From positions 256,001 through 320,000 of IMG/VR virus record IMGVR_UViG_3300029288_005873: 64,000 nucleotides of DNA; one strand, given 5' to 3'. A program made the translations under genes and the position numbers. This DNA comes from a virus. Lineage: Duplodnaviria; Caudoviricetes. The notes below the pieces were generated by a model. That model searched no databases. It saw only the letters and a list, made by a program, of their open reading frames with translations, and was not told the origin of the DNA. This document shows positions 39,393 to 49,822 of the stretch, piece after piece. How positions within the stretch are numbered: position 1 is the first letter of the stretch; every line of letters begins with the position of its first letter.

Positions 39393-40378
39393 TATTCGAC
39401 CTTTGGAAGCTTTCCTTCCACTCCAAGAAGCTTACAGTCATGATTGACCATTATTTTAACAAGCTCATCAAACTTTACTTTGGGTTCCCATCCAAGTATA
39501 GATTTTGCTTTTGATGGGTCTCCACATAAACTCTCTACTTCAAGAGGGCGCATCATGAATCTATCAATCTCAACATATGTTCCCCAATCCTGTATTCCAG
39601 CATATGAGAAAGCTCTTTCAACAAATTCTCCCACAGTATGCATTTCTCCAGTTGCAAAAACGAAATCTTCAGGCTTTGGTCTTTGAAGCATAAGCCAGAA
39701 TCCTTTGACGAAGTCAGGAGCATAACCCCAATCCCTAGCCGCATCCAAGTTGCCAAGCCTAATCCTATGTGAAGGATCTTTAAGTATTTTTGCTACACCC
39801 ATTGATATTTTTCTTGTAACAAACAACGGACCACGCCTAGGTCCTTCATGATTATGAGTTATCCCAGCACAACAATACATTCCATATGCTTCACGATACA
39901 TCCTTACAAACCAATGAGCAGCCAATTTTGCAATAGCATACGGACTACGAGGTCTCATTATTGTATCTTCATTCTGAGGAGGAGGAGAATCTCCCCACAA
40001 TTCAGATGTACTAGCATGAAACAACCTAATAGAAGGAGCTAGTATTTTTATTGCTTCTAGAATATTCAGTACTCCTACCGCATCTATATTCATTGTAGCA
40101 ATCGGCTGATCAAAACTGGTACCAACATGAGACTGAGCACAGAGATTGAATATCTCATTTGGACGTCCACGTTGAATGATTCTGAAAACCGATGCTGAAT
40201 CAGTAATATCACCTTCTTCTATATCAATTTCTGACTCAAGGTGTGCGGCATTTCCAAGACTTCTTGTAGCATTTCTTCGAATCATGCCAATAACTCTATA
40301 ATCTTTCTCAAGAAGCAATTCAGCCATGTGTGAACCATCTTGTCCTGCTACGCCTGTTACTAAAGCAACTTTTTTCAC
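39392..40378 (-). CDS. gmd: GDP-mannose 4,6-dehydratase
   Basis: TGVAGQDGS, AQSHV, ASTSEL, PRSPYAIAK, NHEGPRRG, RDWG. Confidence 0.95.
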   Translation of the reverse strand: MKKVALVTGVAGQDGSHMAELLLEKDYRVIGMIRRNATRSLGNAAHLESEIDIEEGDITDSASVFRIIQRGRPNEIFNLCAQSHVGTSFDQPIATMNIDAVGVLNILEAIKILAPSIRLFHASTSELWGDSPPPQNEDTIMRPRSPYAIAKLAAHWFVRMYREAYGMYCCAGITHNHEGPRRGPLFVTRKISMGVAKILKDPSHRIRLGNLDAARDWGYAPDFVKGFWLMLQRPKPEDFVFATGEMHTVGEFVERAFSYAGIQDWGTYVEIDRFMMRPLEVESLCGDPSKAKSILGWEPKVKFDELVKIMVNHDCKLLGVEGKLPKVE

Positions 40379-41322
40379 TGATTTTCCTCCTTGTTTAGGA
40401 CATCAGCTTTATTCTTAAGCCACCACTCATATGTTTCAATCAATCCTTCTTGGAAAAAGGTTTTTGCCTCGAATCCAAACAGTTCTTTTGCTCGCCTAGT
40501 ATCTAAACATCTACGAGGTTGACCATCAGGTTTGAAAACATCCCATTCAATATTTCCATCAAAACCAACAGTATCTTTGATTTTTTCAGCAAGTTTTCGA
40601 ATAGTGTATTCTCGACCATTTCCCAAGTTTACCGGTTCAGAACCATCGTATCGTTCCAAAGCATCGACAATTCCACAAGCCGCATCTTTTACGTAGAGAA
40701 ACTCTCTAGAAGCCTTTCCAGTACCCCAAAGCTTGACAGAGGCTTTCCCTTCTTCTTTGGCTGTATCAAACTTTCTTATCATTGCTGGAATAACATGCGA
40801 ATCTTCCAGAGAGAAATTATCTCCAGGTCCATATAGATTTACAGGAAGTAAATATATACCATTAAATCCATACTGTTGACGGTATGCCTGAAGCATTACT
40901 AAAAGAGCTTTTTTTGCAATTCCATATGCGCCATTGGTTGGTTCAGGATATCCATTCCAAAGATCCTTTTCCATAAAAGGTACAGGAGTATTCTCAGGAT
41001 ATGCGCAAATTGTACCAACACATACGAATTTTTTTATACAACATGTTCTCGCTACATCTATGGTATTTATTCCCATTAACATATTATCTCTAAAGAATTC
41101 TCCAGGGCGCCTCATATTAGCCCCAATTCCACCACATTTTGCAGCAAGATGAATAACAGCATCAGGATGCATAACTCTCATAAATGCATTAATAGTATCA
41201 TATATGTCAGTCAAGTCATATCCAGATTGATCAATCACATCAACAATATGACCTCTATTCTTAAGAACTTCGACAACATGCTTTCCAAGAAAGCCGTTTC
41301 CTCCAGTTACAAGTACATTCAT
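40375..41322 (-). CDS. fcl: GDP-L-fucose synthase
   Basis: HLAAKCGGIGAN, GTICAYP, YGIAK, PVNLYGPGDNF, SHVIPA, WGTGKASREF. Confidence 0.93.
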   Translation of the reverse strand: MNVLVTGGNGFLGKHVVEVLKNRGHIVDVIDQSGYDLTDIYDTINAFMRVMHPDAVIHLAAKCGGIGANMRRPGEFFRDNMLMGINTIDVARTCCIKKFVCVGTICAYPENTPVPFMEKDLWNGYPEPTNGAYGIAKKALLVMLQAYRQQYGFNGIYLLPVNLYGPGDNFSLEDSHVIPAMIRKFDTAKEEGKASVKLWGTGKASREFLYVKDAACGIVDALERYDGSEPVNLGNGREYTIRKLAEKIKDTVGFDGNIEWDVFKPDGQPRRCLDTRRAKELFGFEAKTFFQEGLIETYEWWLKNKADVLNKEENQ

Positions 41323-41900
41323 TATTTTTCCTTTATTGCTTCAATATGTACAACTGGGTAGAAATTAATACTAGGTAAATCTCTAAAACTAGAGAAACCA
41401 TTTTTTGATAAAAGCGCTTTCAATGTCCTAGGTGTATATCCACAGAAATGATGTGACCATTTGTTTTTCTGCGTTCCATGTATCAATCGAATAGCCCAAT
41501 CCTCTTCCTCTTCTGTATTAGAATTTGCTAGAAGTTTTGCGGTTTCCTTTATGTCGGGAACACTAACTAAAAATTTACCACCGATCGAAAGTACGCGGAA
41601 TATATCAGAAACAATACGATCTACATCATATTTAGGCATATGCTCAAGAACCTGATACATAACAACTTCATCAACAGAACCATCTGAAAAAGGAAGAGGC
41701 TCCTCCATATTATGATCTAGGTCAGAAACAACACAATCATTTAATAATACACCAAAACCTCTTTTATAATAATGCTCATAATCAGTTGAGTTTCTTACCA
41801 TAATCTCAGTAGGACAGTTATATGACATATATTGCGGATCAGTATCTATATTAACATATCCAATAAGATATACCGGTCCACACCCAATATGAAGCTTCAT
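41322..41900 (-). CDS. SAM-dependent methyltransferase (glycan-locus type)
   Basis: KLHIGCG, LPFSDGSVD, VLEH, RVLSIGG. Confidence 0.8.
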   Translation of the reverse strand: MKLHIGCGPVYLIGYVNIDTDPQYMSYNCPTEIMVRNSTDYEHYYKRGFGVLLNDCVVSDLDHNMEEPLPFSDGSVDEVVMYQVLEHMPKYDVDRIVSDIFRVLSIGGKFLVSVPDIKETAKLLANSNTEEEEDWAIRLIHGTQKNKWSHHFCGYTPRTLKALLSKNGFSSFRDLPSINFYPVVHIEAIKEK

Positions 41901-42778
41901 TATTCTTCTCCATAATATTCATTAAATGTAATAAGATCGGAACTCCCCCAATCATGACCTTCATTTGCTACTACAATACCATTTCTTATATTATCTTGTA
42001 AAAGTATATAGTTATGTACCCAAAGATTATAGCCAAGATCTTTCCTTCTATCTATATGAATATTATCGTTAAAATCTTCTCTAGAATGGTCTTGATGTAT
42101 TCCTACTATTCCATGCTCAAACCTAGGGGTAACTCCAGAAAGTCTCATTCTATTTGAAAAATCATCGTCTTCACCACAAAGACCTCCTAAAAACCTTTCA
42201 TCAACTCCTCCGATATTTTCTATGTGTCGCTTTGCCACACACATAAAATACCAATATGCCGGCGGATGAGGAGGTCTTGTAACACATTCGTTTTTTGCTC
42301 CAGGTATCTGTAGAAGGTGAGACATAGGAAGTGTTTTTAGTCGACCCCATCCTTTTGCAATATAATCTGTACATGCAACATTTGCTCTGAAGACTAAACC
42401 ATAAAGACATTCCATTTTATCTTTAACAGACCATGCTATTTCAAGATTACTTGATGATTGTAGAGTTTCTGGTCCTGTTACAACAATAACCTCACCTCTT
42501 GAAAGCCTAAACCCAACATTATTAGTCAATACTGGAATAAAGCTTTTTACAGGCATAATACTTTTGCTCTTATCTATTTTTACAAATCTTATATTCAAAC
42601 CACTGGATATATTTTTACCATAACAAAGCTGACGAAGACTTTCCCTATCGGAATCGTCAACAATAATTATCTCAAAATCCTTTTTCGGCATAGTCTGAGC
42701 TGCCCAAGTATCAAGCGATCTTTCAAACAGATGAGTTCTGTTATCGCATGCAGAAATAACGACCGATATTTTCATCAC
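41900..42778 (-). CDS. glycosyltransferase family 2 (GT7-like C-terminus)
   Basis: ISVVIS, EIIIVDD, GGVDERF..LCGEDDDF. Confidence 0.8.
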   Translation of the reverse strand: MMKISVVISACDNRTHLFERSLDTWAAQTMPKKDFEIIIVDDSDRESLRQLCYGKNISSGLNIRFVKIDKSKSIMPVKSFIPVLTNNVGFRLSRGEVIVVTGPETLQSSSNLEIAWSVKDKMECLYGLVFRANVACTDYIAKGWGRLKTLPMSHLLQIPGAKNECVTRPPHPPAYWYFMCVAKRHIENIGGVDERFLGGLCGEDDDFSNRMRLSGVTPRFEHGIVGIHQDHSREDFNDNIHIDRRKDLGYNLWVHNYILLQDNIRNGIVVANEGHDWGSSDLITFNEYYGEE

Positions 42779-43533
42779 TTTACCCCATATGACTTTGCCA
42801 TCTTATCAATTCTGGAAATAAGTACAGGACAAAGATTGTCCTTAACTTCTACATTAGCTTTGAAAAGGGATTCTTGTGTCCCCGCATCAGACCACCATCC
42901 TCCAATCTCAAAAGTGTCGACAATTCCATCACGCACAAGCGTTCTATTGGCATCTGATATTTCCAACTCACCCCTTATAGACCTTCTAATTTTTGAAATA
43001 GCATCCCAAACCGCTGAAGAATATAGATAAGCCCCAGTAACGGCCAAATCACTTTTTGGATTATTTGGCTTTTCTTCAATATCAATAAGACACTTCATAT
43101 GGTCAACTTCAGCCACACCAAATCTACTAGGATCAGTAACCTTCTTAAGATATAACATACATCTTCCAGGAGTTTTTGTATGAAAATCTAAGAGATCCCC
43201 AAAAATGTTGTCCCCAAGAATCACAGCAATATCGTCTTGACCCGCAAAATCTTTACACAGCATTAAAGCTTCTGCTATTCCTCCAGCAGTATCCTGTACC
43301 TTGTATGTAAAGTTACATCCAAAGCGTTTTCCACTACCCAAAAGTTCGACAACTGACCCTAGATGAAAAAGACCAGATACTATACATATTTCTGTTATTC
43401 CATTCTCAAGCAACTGACTAAGTGGATAGAACAACATAGGACTTTTCCAAACAGGAAGTAGATGTTTGTTAGTCACTTTTGAAAGCGAGCCTAGTCTAGA
43501 TCCTGTTCCACCTGCAAGTATAATTCCCTTCAT
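42775..43533 (-). CDS. rmlA: glucose-1-phosphate thymidylyltransferase
   Basis: MKGIILAGGTGSRL, KHLLPV, LGDN, EEKP, RGELEISD, WSDAGT. Confidence 0.92.
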   Translation of the reverse strand: MKGIILAGGTGSRLGSLSKVTNKHLLPVWKSPMLFYPLSQLLENGITEICIVSGLFHLGSVVELLGSGKRFGCNFTYKVQDTAGGIAEALMLCKDFAGQDDIAVILGDNIFGDLLDFHTKTPGRCMLYLKKVTDPSRFGVAEVDHMKCLIDIEEKPNNPKSDLAVTGAYLYSSAVWDAISKIRRSIRGELEISDANRTLVRDGIVDTFEIGGWWSDAGTQESLFKANVEVKDNLCPVLISRIDKMAKSYGVK

Positions 43534-43565
43534 GACATTTCTCCAAAGCGCAAATAGCGCTACAT

Positions 43566-44498
43566 TCAAAAATAGTTCCTATTTTCTGAATACCATTTTA
43601 TAGTGTTCTCTAGACCTTTGTCCAAAGGAATTTGTGCTACCCATCCAAGCTCATTATTGGCTATGGAAGAATCTAGAAAATAACGGAAATCATGTCCTTT
43701 CCTATCCTCTACAAATTTTACAAGTGACCTAGATTTACCCATAATATCTAGAATCTTATATACCATATCAATATTTCGCTCTTCATGACCACTACCAAGG
43801 TTATATATTCTTCCAGATTTTCCATGCTCTAGTGTCGCCATGATTCCGAGACAATGATCTTCGACAAACATCCATTCCCTCTGATTAGTACCATTTCCAT
43901 AAATAGGAATATGTTTGTCAGATAAAGCATTCAAAATAACAACTGGAAGAAACTTCTCTTTATACTGTAAAGGTCCATAATTATTACAAGATCTAGTTAT
44001 TACAACATTCATTCCATATGTTTTTCCATAAGATTGTACAAGAACATCTGCAGCCGCTTTAGATGCAGAATACGGCGAACTTGGCTTTATCTGAAACAGG
44101 TTAGAGAAAGGCTGATCATCATGTTTCAAATCTCCATATACCTCATCAGTAGATACGAAAAGAAAACGGTCAATATTTCGTTTTCTTGCCTGCTCAAGCA
44201 GTTCAAATGTACCCATGAAATTGCTCAACATAAATGGTCTTGGAGAAGCTATACTATTATCTACATGTGATTCTGCAGCCATATGTATCACAGCATCAAT
44301 TTTTCCTATGGAATCAAAAACTTCGTCCAAAAATGATCCATCTGATATGTCTCCAACAAAAGTTCGACAAAGACCTAGTGCTGAAGGATCAGAGGCATAT
44401 CTCAAAGCATCAATACCCACAATTTCATGACTGCTAGAAAACATGCGAACGAAATTCTGTGGTATGAATCCGCAGTTTCCAGTCACAAGGATTCGCAT
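43566..44498 (-). CDS. rmlB: dTDP-glucose 4,6-dehydratase
   Basis: AAESHVDNS, STDEVYG, PSSPYSASK, NNYGP, DRKGHDFRY. Confidence 0.93.
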   Translation of the reverse strand: MRILVTGNCGFIPQNFVRMFSSSHEIVGIDALRYASDPSALGLCRTFVGDISDGSFLDEVFDSIGKIDAVIHMAAESHVDNSIASPRPFMLSNFMGTFELLEQARKRNIDRFLFVSTDEVYGDLKHDDQPFSNLFQIKPSSPYSASKAAADVLVQSYGKTYGMNVVITRSCNNYGPLQYKEKFLPVVILNALSDKHIPIYGNGTNQREWMFVEDHCLGIMATLEHGKSGRIYNLGSGHEERNIDMVYKILDIMGKSRSLVKFVEDRKGHDFRYFLDSSIANNELGWVAQIPLDKGLENTIKWYSENRNYF

Positions 44499-45577
44499 TC
44501 ACCAACCTCCATAACAGACTTAAGTACATGGTCTATTTCATCATCGGTCATCCAAGGATTGAATGGAAGAGAAATTACAGTTTCGGAAAATTCTTTAGCA
44601 TTTGAAAATAAGCCGGCGCCTGGGCGCCCCTCAACGGTCTCCATTAGGTGAAAAGGATAATGTTTTGAGGTCTCAACTTCACGCTTGGCTAGCATGGCAA
44701 CAACCCTATCACGGTTATTTGACATTATGGGGAAAAGATGAGGCAACGCTCCTTTTCTCCATGCGACCATTCTGAATGGAGTTTTAAGTAGGGCTTCTCG
44801 ATATTGCTCAAGCATTTGAATCCTTCTTTTTGCTTGAGCAGGAAAAAGCTGAAGCTTCTTGATTAGGATGGCACACTGTATTTCATCCATGCGACTATTC
44901 ATGCCAATCATTCTACCCATCCTATTCCTAGTCTCTTGACCATAAAATCTCAATTCTCGTATTGCTTTTGCCATCTGTTCATCACATGCGATAACAGCTC
45001 CACCATCACCCATACATCCAAGGTTTTTTGTGGGATAAAAACTTAGAGCTCCCGACATACCAAAAGTTCCAAGAAGATTTTCATCAAATGTGGCTCCAAA
45101 ACTTTGGGCACAATCCTCAACAAGAGAAATTCCCCTTTTAACACAATGATATTTTATCGTTTCTATGTCGGCTGGATTTCCATACAGATGTACAGGTATA
45201 AAAGCTTTAACATCAAGATTTTTTAATGTTGATGCGTTTGTACACATTGTCATACCAAAATCAACATCAACATATACTGGAATAGCACCGATCATTTTAA
45301 CAGCCACAGCTGTCGGTATGGCTGAAAAAGCAGGAATTGCGACCCTATCTCCATATCCTATACCCAATGCTTTAAGAGAAAGAGCTAGAGCATCTGTTCC
45401 ACTTCCAACAAGGACAACTGGACGATTGAACATTTCAGAAAGACGTATTTCAAGTTCTGTTGCTTTTGGACCAAATAGAAAATGTCCAGACCGTATGACA
45501 TCCTCAATATCTTTCATTAAACCAAGTCCAATAAGTATGTCAGCCTCGCGGTCTAAATTTAGAAAAGGAACTCTCAT
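44483..45577 (-). CDS. fdtB: DegT/DnrJ PLP aminotransferase (FdtB/QdtB-like)
   Basis: SGTDAL, PVHLYG, EDCAQS, SFYPTKNLG, GDGG, NSRMDEIQ. Confidence 0.85.
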   Translation of the reverse strand: MRVPFLNLDREADILIGLGLMKDIEDVIRSGHFLFGPKATELEIRLSEMFNRPVVLVGSGTDALALSLKALGIGYGDRVAIPAFSAIPTAVAVKMIGAIPVYVDVDFGMTMCTNASTLKNLDVKAFIPVHLYGNPADIETIKYHCVKRGISLVEDCAQSFGATFDENLLGTFGMSGALSFYPTKNLGCMGDGGAVIACDEQMAKAIRELRFYGQETRNRMGRMIGMNSRMDEIQCAILIKKLQLFPAQAKRRIQMLEQYREALLKTPFRMVAWRKGALPHLFPIMSNNRDRVVAMLAKREVETSKHYPFHLMETVEGRPGAGLFSNAKEFSETVISLPFNPWMTDDEIDHVLKSVMEVGECESL

Positions 45578-45972
45578 TTCTTCACCTCTTCCAGAAACGT
45601 GGAGTAATCTCTGATGTAGTCATTTTCATCATATAACTCCGATGCGAGTACAATACATACCGTACTAGGATAAAGTGTTAAAGTACACCAAACTAACGGA
45701 GGAACATGAAAACCTACATTTGGACTACGTAGGTATATGGCAGTATTTCTCTGTCCATCATAATCGAGATCTACATTCATACCACCACTAGCCAGGATTA
45801 TAAATTGATGACACTTTCTATGCGCATGACCTCCCCGAGAAATCCCTTGCGGAGGAACATCCGTCATATAGAAAACCCTCTTGATCTCGAAAGGAACTAT
45901 GATGCCGCTTTCTACCCAGCGCAGATTGCCGCGTTCGTCAAAAACGCCTGGTAGTTCTATGGTATAAGCCAT
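45574..45972 (-). CDS. fdtA: dTDP-4-keto-6-deoxyhexose 3,4-ketoisomerase (FdtA/QdtA cupin)
   Basis: DERGNL, PFEIKRVFY, RGGHAH, YIRDY. Confidence 0.9.
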   Translation of the reverse strand: MAYTIELPGVFDERGNLRWVESGIIVPFEIKRVFYMTDVPPQGISRGGHAHRKCHQFIILASGGMNVDLDYDGQRNTAIYLRSPNVGFHVPPLVWCTLTLYPSTVCIVLASELYDENDYIRDYSTFLEEVKK

Positions 45973-46658
45973 TAGATGATTCTCTTAGTTATTTCATCCA
46001 TTGAGATGCCTTCGCGCTTCAAAAGTTCGAGTGCCCCTTTTTCCCACACTCCACGCGTTACTGCCGTGATAAAATAACGTACAGGACCTCCAGGAGTGTC
46101 GTCAGGCTGTCTCCAAAGGCTAAGAAACGGTTTTGTACAACTAAGTGATCTCTGACCACCTAAATTTTCCAGATCCCATGCTGACTCACCTTCACGAAGT
46201 AGTCCCATCAAGACATCTTTGTCCCAAATTGCAAGTTGTAAAGAAACTCGATATGCGTCATTTTTACCAATTGTTCCAAGGAACGAATCACACCACTTTC
46301 CAGAGGGTCCTGGGCATGGACAAATTCTTAAGCATCCAACGTCGTTATCAAATGAATATTTCACGAGTTTTTTTACTGTTTCAGTGTCCACCAAAGAGGT
46401 AAGAAGAAAATCCTCTTGGAAAACAATCACGCGTTTTGAGTCTGTTTGACGAAGAGCATTTAGAAAATTACTTGCCCAACCGCGATCCTCGCCCATCTGA
46501 ATAGTATAATTGGCTCCATTATGTGAACCAATATCAGTTACCATTGTAACTTTGTATGGACAATCTGGCCAATATCTGCGAAAAAGAGTAAAGAACGGAT
46601 CCCATACCTGACGGAATTTCCAGCATGTTACAACCATTATCTCTGTTGCTGAATTCAT
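45972..46658 (-). CDS. putative glycosyltransferase (GT-A-like)
   Basis: FQEDFLL, SLQLAIW, ESAWDLE; glycan-locus context. Confidence 0.6.
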   Translation of the reverse strand: MNSATEIMVVTCWKFRQVWDPFFTLFRRYWPDCPYKVTMVTDIGSHNGANYTIQMGEDRGWASNFLNALRQTDSKRVIVFQEDFLLTSLVDTETVKKLVKYSFDNDVGCLRICPCPGPSGKWCDSFLGTIGKNDAYRVSLQLAIWDKDVLMGLLREGESAWDLENLGGQRSLSCTKPFLSLWRQPDDTPGGPVRYFITAVTRGVWEKGALELLKREGISMDEITKRII

Positions 46659-47314
46659 TTTATGCTTCCCCATGAATGAAGCTGATCTGTTTTATCTATT
46701 CCTTGTACATTCCTAGTAACTATTGTATATCCTACGAGATGAGGCGTATTGGGATTCCCAAAGGCCTCAATTTTTCCATATTTTGGATAAGCAACTTCAC
46801 AGTCGTGTGGAAGAAGAGGTCCAATTAAAGCCATGCTACAAGGACGATTATCAGGTTTTGTCCTGTGTTCGCCGATTGTTCCACCCCCACCAGCGGAAGT
46901 TTCAAATTGCCCTTGCCCCGGGACTTCGAAATCGTCAACTAGGATTATGAATTTTGGAAGTTTTGCAATACCGGAAACCTCATCTGGCAATGGCCAATAA
47001 TCATGCCAATGAGCATCCAAGAAAAACATAGGTAGATCTCCAAGCATCCCTTCTGTAATAAGGCGGTCTATGAATTTCTCAGAAGACTCATTAGAAAGTT
47101 TTACGTTCTGGTATGGTTTTAGTATTTCACGACTTGTTGATAAGTATAAGTCATTTATTTCACACGTTAAAATAGGAAGTGTTGGATGTCTCTTCGCCAT
47201 ATGTAAAGATGTTGCAGCATAATGTGTACCTGTCTCAACAAATGATGATACTCCACATGTTATCAATTGATCTACTTTTTGTTGTAATATGCGATTACCA
47301 TGAAAACCTGTCAT
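46655..47314 (-). CDS. putative SAM-dependent methyltransferase
   Basis: FVETGT, TCEI, FFLDAH, ILVDD. Confidence 0.65.
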   Translation of the reverse strand: MTGFHGNRILQQKVDQLITCGVSSFVETGTHYAATSLHMAKRHPTLPILTCEINDLYLSTSREILKPYQNVKLSNESSEKFIDRLITEGMLGDLPMFFLDAHWHDYWPLPDEVSGIAKLPKFIILVDDFEVPGQGQFETSAGGGGTIGEHRTKPDNRPCSMALIGPLLPHDCEVAYPKYGKIEAFGNPNTPHLVGYTIVTRNVQGIDKTDQLHSWGSIK

Positions 47315-47315
47315 T

Positions 47316-48251
47316 TTAGCCTCCAAAGTGCCTATACATGTTTGAAAAGAAGCCCAATGGGGAGATCCATTCTTCCCAAAGCTTACGTAGTTTATTCTGC
47401 CGTTCCACAAATTCGTCTGGAGAAAGTGAATAATGAAAATCAAGCAAACGATTTCCAATATTTGGAATATCAGATTTATCAATAATTGGAAAAAATTCAC
47501 TCCAGTTTATCATAAAGTCATATGGTAGAACGCAATCTGTATTTACTAAAACGGGTATTCTTCCACCCATCATAGTTTCATAGATACGATATGAGAAATT
47601 CCCACCACCTCTTGCACAAAGTATATAGTCGGAGTTTTCCATATTGTTTAGGAATTCCCTACGCACTTGTTTACCAGCATCTTCTTTTCTTCCTCCAGCT
47701 ATCCACCCTCCCCAAAACTTATCTCGCCTGACAAAGTTTTTAGAGATCCTTGTGTCAGAATCAAGCACATCTAGAGCTGCTTTACGAACATCTAGAGGAT
47801 ATACCTGACCACAGAATCCTATAGTTGGAATGGAAGACCATTGACGCAATGGAAATTGTCCATAGTCCATGCTCCACCCTGGGACGGCAAATTCTCTTGG
47901 TCTTTTGGACGATCTATAGAAAGATGTTCTAAAAACCGTTGTATCATCCCTATAATCAAGTATCTCATCAGAATCATCATTGAAGAAGACCACCAATTGT
48001 TTGGGGAAAGTCATCTCCTGAAAAGCTCTAAAAGCTTTTGGATTCATTGTGGGTGACGCAGGATATATGGCAAAATCAGCACCAACAAGCGATTCCATCT
48101 GAAAAATTCCATGCCCATTTGCGATATACTTGTCGAACCTATCGGCATCTGGGTCTCCTGCCTCTTTTTCCTGCCCCCAAAACGGTAACATTATGTGACA
48201 TGAAAAACCTTTTGGAAGAAAACTTTTGTCAGAAAATATCTTGATTACCAT
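47316..48251 (-). CDS. exostosin-like (GT47) glycosyltransferase
   Basis: GFCGQ, YILCARGGGNFSYRIYETMMGGRIPV. Confidence 0.82.
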   Translation of the reverse strand: MVIKIFSDKSFLPKGFSCHIMLPFWGQEKEAGDPDADRFDKYIANGHGIFQMESLVGADFAIYPASPTMNPKAFRAFQEMTFPKQLVVFFNDDSDEILDYRDDTTVFRTSFYRSSKRPREFAVPGWSMDYGQFPLRQWSSIPTIGFCGQVYPLDVRKAALDVLDSDTRISKNFVRRDKFWGGWIAGGRKEDAGKQVRREFLNNMENSDYILCARGGGNFSYRIYETMMGGRIPVLVNTDCVLPYDFMINWSEFFPIIDKSDIPNIGNRLLDFHYSLSPDEFVERQNKLRKLWEEWISPLGFFSNMYRHFGG

Positions 48252-48259
48252 AGTGCTCC

Positions 48260-49147
48260 TCAAATACCTAACTCACCTCTTTCAAGATTTATCTGCGCCT
48301 CTATTAACGATTTGTTCTTTTCGATAATATCTGGCAGTTTTCCTTGAAAAGGTAGCGTGTAGGCTGGACTTCTACACTCTTTTTTGAATTCCTGTACGCC
48401 CTCAAATTGTTTTTCTACATTCAATCGTTCCTCATCAGTGCGAGCTCTCATCCATGGGACATAAACGCGATTGAAGTAATTTGGAAGGATCGAACTTGAA
48501 AGCCACTGATAGTAGTCACTTTTGTGGCGCATTCTTTTTGGAGGCATGTGTGAAAAATGATAGATACGAACTCCTAGTTCCTTTTCTCCATCTACGTGAC
48601 CCATCTCACGACATGTTTTACCATTCGGTGCCCATATAAGTGTTGGTGGTCTATGTGTCTTCCATGTGGCTTTTGGAGATATTCTTTGTATGCGATGTGT
48701 CTCAAATTCAGCTTCAAATCCAGATATATATCGTGGATTAGACAATGTTCCAAAAAATGAATACAATTTGAATGACATACTATAGCATTCAGAATGATTA
48801 TTAAGATATGATATAACTTTTCTCATATCATCTTCAAGATAGAATTCGTCACAATCAACACACCATACAAAATCTCCAGACAAATGTTTTTCTGTAGCAC
48901 GAAGCATACTATCTTTCTCGTCCCATCCAAGACTAGATTCAAAAACTATTTTTCGGTCAGGATCGGAAAATTTGGCTAGTGTTTCTAAAGTCCCATCATT
49001 TGATTGCCCAAAACCCATTTTTCTATATGCGGCTACCGGTCCCTCAATCACGATTATACGATTGGCAAATGGATAAATAGCTTGTAGGTTAAGACCGAAA
49101 AAAGGTTGTCCGTTATGGGCAATAATTGCAAAATCGATCTTGGTCAT
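48260..49147 (-). CDS. glycosyltransferase family 2-like
   Basis: IIVIEG, SNDGT, WCVDCDEFY. Confidence 0.75.
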   Translation of the reverse strand: MTKIDFAIIAHNGQPFFGLNLQAIYPFANRIIVIEGPVAAYRKMGFGQSNDGTLETLAKFSDPDRKIVFESSLGWDEKDSMLRATEKHLSGDFVWCVDCDEFYLEDDMRKVISYLNNHSECYSMSFKLYSFFGTLSNPRYISGFEAEFETHRIQRISPKATWKTHRPPTLIWAPNGKTCREMGHVDGEKELGVRIYHFSHMPPKRMRHKSDYYQWLSSSILPNYFNRVYVPWMRARTDEERLNVEKQFEGVQEFKKECRSPAYTLPFQGKLPDIIEKNKSLIEAQINLERGELGI

Positions 49148-49156
49148 GTTTCTCTC

Positions 49157-49822
49157 CTAGAGACACTTTCTCGCGACAACACAACTAACAGCTCGACTAT
49201 CCCAATCGAATCTTTGCTCAATAAAACATCCAAGATCAGAAAGTGTTTTTGTAAATTCCGCATAATCCATAACCATGCGCGGCTGCGTCCTTCCAGCATA
49301 TGTGGGACAGATAATCATCTCAGTAGGTTTGTCATTTGCATCATGAAAAAATACCTTATGGATAACTATCCAATCAGAAGAAAGCTCAACCATACGGGAA
49401 AGGAAACTTTTCCAATCAACAAAATGTTCTATAGATCCACACGCCATTACAACATCCCAAAGTTTTTCTGGATGAAAATCCATAATATCGGCAACATGAA
49501 AATCCCCAGAAGGATAATTTCGTTTTGCTCGTTCGCACATATGCGATGATATATCCATTCCTTCGTATATAAATCTTACATCTAATCCCAAACTAGACAT
49601 ATAAACAGCCTGCCAGCCTGCTCCGCAACCTATGTCTAGGCATGATAACATGCTGGTTTTCATATCTTTCTGATCAATTAATTTCAAAGCCTTGGCTAAA
49701 GTGTCGAAATATGGGTATTGTCCCACATTTCCGCGCTCGAAATAAGTGCGATTCATATCGTCATGTTCGGCAGCCACTTCGGGCAAAGCCCACCAAAAAT
49801 AATCAGTTATTTCGTTTGCCAC
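49157..49822 (-). CDS. class I SAM-dependent methyltransferase
   Basis: CLDIGCGAG, GMDIS, ADI, SIEH. Confidence 0.85.
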   Translation of the reverse strand: MANEITDYFWWALPEVAAEHDDMNRTYFERGNVGQYPYFDTLAKALKLIDQKDMKTSMLSCLDIGCGAGWQAVYMSSLGLDVRFIYEGMDISSHMCERAKRNYPSGDFHVADIMDFHPEKLWDVVMACGSIEHFVDWKSFLSRMVELSSDWIVIHKVFFHDANDKPTEMIICPTYAGRTQPRMVMDYAEFTKTLSDLGCFIEQRFDWDSRAVSCVVARKCL

